Part shown: piece by piece, positions 16,486-23,178 of the stretch
How the letters are laid out: each line of letters starts with the position of its first letter
How positions within the stretch are numbered: the stretch's first letter is position 1
Assembly: GCA_016218805.1 (NCBI GenBank)
Contig: JACRCW010000045.1
Span: 1-23,178, forward strand
Direction: 5' to 3'
DNA: 23,178 nt
Source of the DNA: Deltaproteobacteria bacterium
GTDB taxonomy: Bacteria > Myxococcota > JACRCW01
The notes under the pieces: model-generated
What the model was told of the DNA's origin: nothing
The model's database searches: none
Seen by the model: only the letters and a program-made list of their open reading frames with translations
Program-made: the position numbers and the translations under genes

Positions 16486-17600
16486 TCCGTCCCCAACCGC
16501 GCCACCATCCGCAAGGCTGCCGCCATGCCGGGGAGCCGCGCCGCCAGCACCTGCGCCCGCCCGCGTGCCGCGCCGCGCCTGCCCGCGTCCTCGTCATCCA
16601 CCGCGCGCGCATACTCCACCGCGTCCTGCAGCGTTCCCGGCCGCGCCGGGCTCAGCCGCCGCTGCTCCTCTTCGGAGAGCGCGGTTCCCAGCCCCGCCAG
16701 CAGCTTCACCGCCAACTCCTTCTCCAGGTCCATGAACGCTTCCTCGCGCCCGGAGACACCCTGCGCCGTGGCCACCGCCGCGGTCTCCACGCGCACCACC
16801 CGCGCGTCCAGGCGGAAGCTGTTCCCCAGCCGGAAGAAGCCACCCAGCACCAGGTACTCCGCCCCCAGCAGCTGCCCCACGCGCTGTGCCGTGGCGGGGT
16901 CAAACGCCTTGTCGCGCTGCAGCTTCAACTCGTCCAGCACCTTGTTGAGCTCTTCGCGCTCCACCACCTGCACCGCCGCGCACGCGGCAAAGTCCGCCAG
17001 CACCATGTCCGCCAGCCCCTTGCGCAACATCTCCAGCCGCTCGTCCTTGCCCGTGTTCTCAAACGGCAGCACCGCCACGCGCACGCGCACGGCGGGCGCT
17101 GCCGCGGACGGAGCCGCCACGGCGTGGACCACGGCGGCGCCCGGCGGCGCCAGGCCCACCAGGTCACGCGCCACGGATGGGAGCGCGTCCAGCACCGCGG
17201 CGGGACGGTCCGCCGGGAACCGCCGCTGCAGCGAACGCGTTGCCACGCCCGTGCGCACCACCACGCGGGATAACCCCAGCACGTGCTCCTTCCCCACCCG
17301 CGCCAGGCTGCCGCTCACCACCTCGTCGGCGTGCAGCGCCGCGCCCAACTCGGTGATGCACGCGCCTTCGCAGCCGGCCACCTGCGCGCGCCGGGTCTGC
17401 GCCGCCGCGCCTTCCAGTTCGCGCAGGGCGTGCACCGCCAGGCCTTGGCGGCGCAGCGCCTCCACCAGCCCGTCACCCACGGTGTCCGCAAAGTCCCGCG
17501 TCACCCCGCCCCGCGCGTCCAGCGGCAGCACCAGCACCGTGGGGGGTGCGGCCAGCGCGGCCAACAGCAGGGCGTGGGCGGGAAACACGGCAGGGACCAT
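16482..17600 (-). CDS. Secreted protein with two tandem CsgG/FlgO/TolB_N-like domains
   Basis: Signal-like ALLLAALAA; domain 1 VLVLPL...GAALHADEVVSGSLARVG; domain 2 VAVLPFEN...VVEREEL..VLDE...VGQLLGAEYLVLG...RLDARVVRVET. Start uncertain. Confidence 0.75.
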   Translation of the reverse strand: MVPAVFPAHALLLAALAAPPTVLVLPLDARGGVTRDFADTVGDGLVEALRRQGLAVHALRELEGAAAQTRRAQVAGCEGACITELGAALHADEVVSGSLARVGKEHVLGLSRVVVRTGVATRSLQRRFPADRPAAVLDALPSVARDLVGLAPPGAAVVHAVAAPSAAAPAVRVRVAVLPFENTGKDERLEMLRKGLADMVLADFAACAAVQVVEREELNKVLDELKLQRDKAFDPATAQRVGQLLGAEYLVLGGFFRLGNSFRLDARVVRVETAAVATAQGVSGREEAFMDLEKELAVKLLAGLGTALSEEEQRRLSPARPGTLQDAVEYARAVDDEDAGRRGAARGRAQVLAARLPGMAAALRMVARLGTE

Positions 17601-17655
17601 ACCCCGCCGGGGCCCGGTTTGACCGGCCCCGGGCACCCCTCCTAGCTTCCTCGTC

Positions 17656-19455
17656 GTGGAGAGACTCTCGTTCAGCGTGCTGGGTCCGCTCATGGGCGGG
17701 TTCGGGAGCCAGGCGTTCCTGGGTTGCGTCCACGAATCCGGCGGCATCCGGCCCGCCGTCATGGTGTTCCTCCCCGACGACGTCGTGGAGGATGCGGACA
17801 CGTTCCGCAAGGTCGTCGCGGAGACGCAGCTGGCCACGCAGATTGATCATCTGCACGTCATCGGCGTGCACGGCCTCATCCGGCTCGACGAGGGCGTAGC
17901 GCGCCTGGTGGAGTTTGCCGACGCGGAGAGCCTGCGCGCGGTGTACTCCCGCGCGGCGGACCTGGGGCTGCGCGTGCCGGTGCCCATCACGCTGGCGCTG
18001 CTGGCCGGCGCGTGCAGCGGGGTGCACTACGCGCATGAACTGGGCCGCTCCACCACGGGGCAGCCCATGGTGCACGGTGGCCTGCGCCCGGAGACGCTGC
18101 TGGTGGGGTTCCATGGCATGTGCAAGGTGACCGGCTACGGCGCGGCCACCATTGCTGAGGCCTACCAGCGCACCCGCGCGTCTGAGCCCTCCCTGCGCGA
18201 CTCGTACACGTCCACGGAGCAGCACTTTGGCGGGCGGCAGGCGGCGGCGGTCCAGTCTGACGTCTATGCGCTGGGCGCCATCCTGTACGAAGCGCTCACC
18301 GGCAAGAAGCCCGTGGCCGCGGACGTGTCCGACGCCGAGGACCAGCACCAGGCGGGGCTGCTGGCGCGCCCGGTGAAGGGCCTCACCGAAAAGCTTGGCC
18401 ACATTGTCATCCGCGCCATGCGCAAGCGGTCCACGGACCGGTTTGGTTCCGTGCTGGAGATGCGGGACGCGCTGCTGGAGACCGGGGCGCGCGCCTCCAA
18501 CGAGGAAGTCACCGCGTTCATGAACCAGCTGTTCCCGGCGGACTGGCCCGCGCGCGTGGCGCGGCGCGAGCTGCTGGCCAAGGCGGTGGGGCTGCCCGTC
18601 CCGCAAGCCACCGTGCCGCTGGTCAACTCCGCCGGTGAGGAATCCGCGGAGGCCCGGCTCCCCATCAACACGTCGTCACCGGCCATTCCCGTGGTGCCGG
18701 TGGCAGCATCGCCGGCGCCCCGCGCGGCGGCGCCCGCGCCGGCGCCCGCGCCCGCAAGGCCCGCCCTCACCGAAGCAGAACTGGAGGCCCTGGCCGCGCC
18801 GCGCCATCCCGCGCCCTCGGAGGGGACGCCGTGGACGGGTTGGCTGGTGTTGGGGCTGGCCGGCGGCGCGGCCCTGGCGCTGGGCGCGTGGCTGCTGCAG
18901 ACGCCACCGCCCGCTCCCGCTCCCCCACCGCCCGCGCCGGCACCCGCACCGGCGCCCGCCCCGCCCTCCCCCGTTGAGCCCGCGGCCGCGCCCTCCGCGC
19001 CGGAGCCAGCCCCCGTTGCCAAGCCGGCCCCGCCGCCCGGCCCCGCGCGCCTGAGCATCCGCACGTCCCCGGCGCTGGACCTGGTGGTGGACGGCAAGCC
19101 CGCCGGCCATGGCAACGCCACGGTGGAGGTGGAACCGGGCGAACACGTCGTGCGGGGCACGGACAAGGCGCAGGGACTGGACGTGTCGCGCAGCGTCTCC
19201 GTGGTGGCGGGCACCACGCGGTATGTGACCTTTGAGATTGGCAAGGGCACGCTGGTGCTGGAGGTGGAACCCGGGTGCGACGTGTTCATTGACGGGAAGA
19301 AGCGCGGCACCACGCCCATGGAGCCGCTGGAGGTGTGGGAGGGGCGGCACCACGCCACCGTGGTGAAGGGGAAGGCCAAATTCGAGCAACCGTTTGTGAT
19401 GAAACCGGGCTTTGAAATGACGCTCCAGGTCGGGTTCCGCAAGGCCGGCGAGTGA
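17656..19455 (+). CDS. Ser/Thr protein-kinase-fold protein (predicted pseudokinase) with TM helix, Pro-rich linkers and C-terminal PEGA-like domains
   Basis: The kinase C-lobe motif SDVYALGAILYEALTG is retained, but catalytic motifs are altered (VHGGLRPETLL, KVTGYG). TM WLVLGLAGGAALALGAWLL; PEGA-like VFIDGKKRGTTP. Confidence 0.88.
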   Translation: MERLSFSVLGPLMGGFGSQAFLGCVHESGGIRPAVMVFLPDDVVEDADTFRKVVAETQLATQIDHLHVIGVHGLIRLDEGVARLVEFADAESLRAVYSRAADLGLRVPVPITLALLAGACSGVHYAHELGRSTTGQPMVHGGLRPETLLVGFHGMCKVTGYGAATIAEAYQRTRASEPSLRDSYTSTEQHFGGRQAAAVQSDVYALGAILYEALTGKKPVAADVSDAEDQHQAGLLARPVKGLTEKLGHIVIRAMRKRSTDRFGSVLEMRDALLETGARASNEEVTAFMNQLFPADWPARVARRELLAKAVGLPVPQATVPLVNSAGEESAEARLPINTSSPAIPVVPVAASPAPRAAAPAPAPAPARPALTEAELEALAAPRHPAPSEGTPWTGWLVLGLAGGAALALGAWLLQTPPPAPAPPPPAPAPAPAPAPPSPVEPAAAPSAPEPAPVAKPAPPPGPARLSIRTSPALDLVVDGKPAGHGNATVEVEPGEHVVRGTDKAQGLDVSRSVSVVAGTTRYVTFEIGKGTLVLEVEPGCDVFIDGKKRGTTPMEPLEVWEGRHHATVVKGKAKFEQPFVMKPGFEMTLQVGFRKAGE

Positions 19456-19468
19456 GCCGGAGGCACGC

Positions 19469-20116
19469 GTGCTGGTGAACGTGCGCTCCTCCCCGCAGAA
19501 GCACATCGTCGTGGACGACTTTGCCGCGCCGGCGGAGGTGGAGAGCCTGCTGGCGGAATTTGAGTTGTTGCGGGACGCGCTGGGCGCGGGGCAGGTCCTG
19601 CGCGGCGGCACTGCGGTGGACAGCGCGCTCAAGCGCAACAGGAACTTGTGGCTGGATGACCACTACCGCGGCCGGCGCGCGGAGTCGGCCACGCTGGCGT
19701 TGCTGCGGGCGCGCCTGCTGTGCCCGCCCATCCGCCGCGCGCTGGAGGAAACCGGGGACCTGTTGTTTGCGCACTGGGCGCTGGCCAACGCGGACGCCAC
19801 GCTGCTGTCCGTCTACGGCCCGGGGGACTATTACGGTGACCACTGGGACGAATACCCCTCCCTCACCGCCAACCTGATGGTCTGCTCCACGCCCAAGCGC
19901 TTTGCGGGCGGTGACTTCTGGCTTGCGGATGATCACGTCCTGCACCCGGACCGCCCGCGCCACTACACGCGCCTGGAGTTCCGCGCCGGGCGCCTGGTGC
20001 TGTTTCCCGCGCGCGCGCGCCACTACGTGGACGTGGTCACGGGGGAGGACCTGGCGTTCCGGGACGGGCGCTTCTCCGTGCAGCACTGGGCGCAGTACGT
20101 CACGCGGGCCACATGA
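19469..20116 (+). CDS. 2OG-Fe(II) oxygenase (prolyl-4-hydroxylase-like)
   Basis: YGPGDYYGDHWD (HxD), FAGGDF, LVLFP...HYV (distal His) and GRFSV (2OG-binding Arg). Confidence 0.85.
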   Translation: MLVNVRSSPQKHIVVDDFAAPAEVESLLAEFELLRDALGAGQVLRGGTAVDSALKRNRNLWLDDHYRGRRAESATLALLRARLLCPPIRRALEETGDLLFAHWALANADATLLSVYGPGDYYGDHWDEYPSLTANLMVCSTPKRFAGGDFWLADDHVLHPDRPRHYTRLEFRAGRLVLFPARARHYVDVVTGEDLAFRDGRFSVQHWAQYVTRAT

Positions 20117-20925
20117 AGACGCGCTCCCCGTCACTGGCCGCGCGCGCGGACCCGCACGCCCTGTATGAGCGCGCCGTGCAGGACCCCCTGCGCGAAGTGC
20201 GCCTGCTGGTGCGCGTCTACCAGGACGCGTTTGGCGCCACCCCGCTGCGCCTGCGCGAGGACTTCTGCGGCACCGCCGCGGTATCCGCGGCATGGGTGCG
20301 CGGGGGCGCGCGCCGCCAGGCGTGGGGCGTGGACCAGGACCGCACGGTGCTGGAGTGGGGCATGCGCCACCACGTGGCCGCGCTGGCGCCCGCCGCGCGG
20401 CGGCGCATCCACCTGATGCGCGGGGACGTGCGCGCGCCCGCGCCCGTCCGGGTGGACGTCATTGCGGCGGCCAACTTCTCGTTCTTTGGCTTTCACGCGC
20501 GCGCGGACCTGCGTGACTACCTGTGCCAGGCGCGCAAGAACCTGGCGCGCCGGGGCGTGCTGGTGCTGGAGATGATGGGCGGCGCGGACGTGCAGACGGA
20601 CCGCCGCACGGAAGCGCGCCGCTTCCCTGACTTCACGTACGTGTGGGAGCAATCACTGTTTGATCCCATTACGCACCGCTGTGACTTTGCCATGCACTTC
20701 CGCTTCCGGGACGGCAGCGTGCTGCCGGACGCGTTCACCTATGCGTGGCGCATCTGGACCATCCCGGACGTGCGCGAACTGCTGGCGGAGGCCGGCTTCC
20801 GCCGTTCCGTGGTGTACTGGGCGGAGACGGACCGCCGGTCCGGCGGCAGCAACGGCGTGTACCGCCGCCGCGAACACGCCCCGCCGGACCCCGCGTGGCT
20901 GTGCCACGTGGTGGGGATCACCTGA
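20113..20925 (+). CDS. Class I SAM-dependent methyltransferase
   Basis: LREDFCGTAA motif I, AWGVD motif II, GDV, DVIAAANFS and L...GVLVLE; ATGA overlap with the upstream gene. Confidence 0.85.
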   Translation: MKTRSPSLAARADPHALYERAVQDPLREVRLLVRVYQDAFGATPLRLREDFCGTAAVSAAWVRGGARRQAWGVDQDRTVLEWGMRHHVAALAPAARRRIHLMRGDVRAPAPVRVDVIAAANFSFFGFHARADLRDYLCQARKNLARRGVLVLEMMGGADVQTDRRTEARRFPDFTYVWEQSLFDPITHRCDFAMHFRFRDGSVLPDAFTYAWRIWTIPDVRELLAEAGFRRSVVYWAETDRRSGGSNGVYRRREHAPPDPAWLCHVVGIT

Positions 20926-20935
20926 AGGAGGGCGC

Positions 20936-21520
20936 ATGCAGCTGCGCGGTGCGGGCATCACGGTGTTCTGCGGGTCCAGCCCGGGCGCGGACCCGCGGTT
21001 CCTGGCGCAGGCGCGTGCGCTGGGCGCCGCGCTGGCGTGTGACGGCGCGGTGGTGGTCTACGGCGGCGCGTCCGTGGGGCTGATGGGCGCGGTGGCGGAC
21101 GCAGCGCTGGCGGCGGGCGGGCGCGTCACCGGCGTCATCCCCCGGCCGCTGGTGGAACGGGAGCTGGCGCACCGCGGACTGACGCAGCTGCACGTGGTGG
21201 AGACCATGCATGAACGCAAGGCGCTGATGAGCCGGCAGGCGCACGGGTACGTGGTGCTGCCCGGTGGGTTTGGCACGTGGGAGGAGATGCTGGAGGTGGT
21301 GACGTGGAAGCAGATGGGCCTGCACAAGAAGCCCGTGGTGCTGGTCAACGTGGGCGGGTACTACGCGTCGCTGCTGGCGCAGGTGCAGACGGCGGTCACG
21401 GACGGGTTCATGCGGCCGCACTTCCTCACGTACATCACGGTGGTGGAGAGCGCGGAGGCCGCGGTGGCCGCGCTGCGCGCGTTCGCGGAGCCCGGCGAAG
21501 ACATTGGGAAGTGGGCGTAA
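20936..21520 (+). CDS. LOG-family (TIGR00730-type) nucleotide phosphoribohydrolase
   Basis: [23 protein letters not shown] and the signature [19 protein letters not shown] before the ATG at 20936. Confidence 0.92.
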   Translation: MQLRGAGITVFCGSSPGADPRFLAQARALGAALACDGAVVVYGGASVGLMGAVADAALAAGGRVTGVIPRPLVERELAHRGLTQLHVVETMHERKALMSRQAHGYVVLPGGFGTWEEMLEVVTWKQMGLHKKPVVLVNVGGYYASLLAQVQTAVTDGFMRPHFLTYITVVESAEAAVAALRAFAEPGEDIGKWA

Positions 21521-21556
21521 CCCGCCGCGCCTGGGCGGCCCGCGGAGCACGCGCCG

Positions 21557-22198
21557 TCAGCCGACGCGTTCCACCTGCGTGAACTCCAGCTCCACGGGCG
21601 TGGGCCGGCCAAAGATGCTGACGGTGACGCGCAGCTTGTTCTTCTCCGGCTTCACCTCTTCCACGGTGCCGGTGAAGTTGGCAAACGGCCCCTCCGTCAC
21701 GCGCACGGTGTTGCCCTCTTCAAAGACAACGCGCGGCTTGGGCTTGAGGACGCCCTCGGTCATCTGGCTGGTGAGCCGGGCAATTTCCTCGTCCCGCATG
21801 GCGGGCGGGTTGGTGTCGCTGGAGCCGACAAAACCGGTGACCTTGGGGGTGTTCTTCACCGCGTGGAAACTGCGGTCATTGAGCACCATCTGCACCAGGA
21901 TGTACCCGGGCATGCTCTTGCGCTTGGTGGTCCGCTTGGCGCCGCGCACGGTCTCCTGCACGGTCTCCGTAGGCACCAGGATGTCACCAAACAGTTCCTG
22001 CAGGCTCTCCAGGCGGATGCGGTCCTCCAGCCCCTTCTTGGCCTTGTTCTCGTAGCCGCTGTACGTGCGGACCGCGTACCACTTGAGCTTGCCGGCCTTG
22101 GCGGGCACGCCCTCGGCGGTGGCGGCGGGCGCCGGCACCGCGCCTTCCTGGACGGGTGCGGTGGCCTGCTGCGGTTCGTTCTCGCCGGTTGCGCTCAT
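21557..22198 (-). CDS. nusG: Transcription termination/antitermination factor NusG
   Basis: [34 protein letters not shown] motif [13 protein letters not shown] and [18 protein letters not shown]. Confidence 0.98.
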   Translation of the reverse strand: MSATGENEPQQATAPVQEGAVPAPAATAEGVPAKAGKLKWYAVRTYSGYENKAKKGLEDRIRLESLQELFGDILVPTETVQETVRGAKRTTKRKSMPGYILVQMVLNDRSFHAVKNTPKVTGFVGSSDTNPPAMRDEEIARLTSQMTEGVLKPKPRVVFEEGNTVRVTEGPFANFTGTVEEVKPEKNKLRVTVSIFGRPTPVELEFTQVERVG

Positions 22199-22217
22199 CT
22201 GCCTTGCCTCTGCTCTT

Positions 22218-22595
22218 TCAGAAGATGCGGTTGATCACCCAGTTGAATCCCAGATCAAAGAACCCGAGCACCAGGCTCACCACCACGCTGGTCACAATGA
22301 CCACCAACGTGGCCGCGCGCGTCTCCTCGCCCGTGGGCCAGGTGACCTTCTTGAGCTCGGCCACCACTTCATGGGCCATGGGGTTCACGGTGGCGTTGCG
22401 CCACAGCAGGAACCCCGTCCCAAAGCTCACCGCCGCGGCAATGAGGGTGGTCAGGGTGAAGCGGTCCCCCAGGATGGGCGTGTCAATGATGCCCAGGTTG
22501 AGGAACACCCAGTGCAGCGTGTGGGACAGCACAAAGCTGACGGCCAGCGACAGGAAGATGAAACCCAGCGCAACCAGACTGCCGACGGACTGCAT
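22218..22595 (-). CDS. secE: Preprotein translocase subunit SecE (3-TM form)
   Basis: ELKKVTWPT.EET motif followed by a TM helix; located between tRNA-Trp and nusG. Confidence 0.95.
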   Translation of the reverse strand: MQSVGSLVALGFIFLSLAVSFVLSHTLHWVFLNLGIIDTPILGDRFTLTTLIAAAVSFGTGFLLWRNATVNPMAHEVVAELKKVTWPTGEETRAATLVVIVTSVVVSLVLGFFDLGFNWVINRIF

Positions 22596-22643
22596 GCCAA
22601 CTTCCTTTCCGTGCGCGCCGCGCGGGGGCGGCTGGAGAAAAGC

Positions 22644-22719
22644 TGGCAGGACGGGAGGGGATCGAACCCCCAGCCTGCGGTTTTGGAGACCGCTGCTCTA
22701 CCAGTTGAGCTACCGTCCT
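22644..22719 (-). tRNA. tRNA-Trp (CCA)
   Basis: AGGACGGTAGCTCAACTGGTAGAGCAGCGGTCTCCAAAACCGCAGGCTGGGGGTTCGATCCCCTCCCGTCCTGCCA; 76 nt cloverleaf, anticodon CCA, encoded 3' CCA. Confidence 0.98.
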
Positions 22720-22743
22720 GCGTCTTTCCAAAGGCACGCTTTG

Positions 22744-22766
22744 CCCCGGCCCTTCACCGGCCGGGG
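22744..22766. other. GC-rich hairpin between rpmG and tRNA-Trp
   Basis: CCCCGGCC, a 7-nt loop, then GGCCGGGG. Confidence 0.4.
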
Positions 22767-22773
22767 ACGTCCA

Positions 22774-22929
22774 TCACTTCTTGGTCTCCTTGTGCTCCTG
22801 GTGCTTCTTGCACCATGAGCAGTACTTCTTGAGCACAAGCTTGTCGGTCTTGCGCTTTTCCGGCTTGGTCGTCGCATAGTTGCGCCGCTTGCAGGTGGCG
22901 CATTCCATCAGGACCACGACGTACGGCAT
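22774..22929 (-). CDS. rpmG: 50S ribosomal protein L33 (zinc-ribbon C+ form)
   Basis: [60 protein letters not shown]; canonical position between tuf and tRNA-Trp. Not in the ORF track. Confidence 0.95.
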   Translation of the reverse strand: MPYVVVLMECATCKRRNYATTKPEKRKTDKLVLKKYCSWCKKHQEHKETKK

Positions 22930-22955
22930 GGGTCCATCTCCTCATCACACAGCGC

Positions 22956-22998
22956 CGCGGGTCCCGCGCGCCCACCCTCGGGCGGTGCGGGGTCCGCG
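22956..22998. other. Imperfect GC-rich hairpin between tuf and rpmG
   Basis: cgcgggtcccgc gcgccc accctc gggcg gt gcggggtccgcg forms a long imperfect stem. Confidence 0.4.
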
Positions 22999-23012
22999 AA
23001 CTAAGGGAAACC

Positions 23013-23178
23013 TCACTCCAACACTTCGGCCACAACCCCGGCGCCCACGGTCCGGCCACCCTCACGGATGGCAAACCGCAGCTCCTTCTCCATGGCCACC
23101 GGCGTGATCAACTCAACCGTCACGGTCACGTTGTCACCCGGCATCACCATCTCCGTGCCCGTGGGCAGCGTGCAGCTC
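23013..23178 (-). CDS. tuf: Elongation factor Tu, 3' end (partial)
   Basis: ...[48 protein letters not shown] with TGA at 23015-23013. Confidence 0.98.
   Translation of the reverse strand, partial: SCTLPTGTEMVMPGDNVTVTVELITPVAMEKELRFAIREGGRTVGAGVVAEVLE

Noticed and set aside
18715..19045. Short tandem cccgcgccggcg-like repeats
   Set aside because: They encode Pro/Ala linkers of the pseudokinase and are not an independent repeat element. The same applies to the poly-Gly tract near 8060-8165.
21521..21556. Intrinsic terminator between LOG and nusG
   Set aside because: Only a short GC stem (ccgcc...ggcgg) with no U-tract on either strand; too weak to call.
22600..22660. tRNA-Trp as an integration site for an island
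   Set aside because: secE follows directly, there is no integrase, and I saw no duplicated tRNA 3' end in the window.

Overview
High-GC bacterial chromosomal segment. The gene content (PEGA pseudokinase, Cys-rich lipoproteins, ECF sigma/anti-sigma cluster) suggests Myxococcota, which is an inference. From left to right: (1) the C-terminal remnant of an IS110-like transposase, cut off by a short degenerate 42-bp array built from alternating inverted motifs, then a sigma70-like promoter and an unknown all-helical protein; (2) a membrane protein and a duplicated Cys-rich lipoprotein; (3) a signalling operon of hybrid histidine kinase, single-domain response regulator and REC-class III cyclase with Cya2-type (guanylyl-like) specificity residues, plus an SDR; (4) a minus-strand cluster of PBP1b, a secreted protein, an ECF sigma factor, an anti-sigma-like protein, a Cys-rich lipoprotein and an EF-hand lipoprotein; (5) a tandem degenerate/intact GGDEF-like protein coupled to a 51-aa peptide; (6) a CsgG/TolB_N-like protein with a HExxH protein; (7) a pseudokinase-PEGA, 2OG-Fe(II) oxygenase, methyltransferase, LOG operon; (8) tuf (3' end)-rpmG-tRNA-Trp-secE-nusG, not followed by rplK. 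The best candidates for undescribed biology are the repeat array/helical protein module at 140-1071 and the tandem GGDEF-like protein with its partner peptide at 14200-15941. All calls come from reading the sequence; no searches were run.
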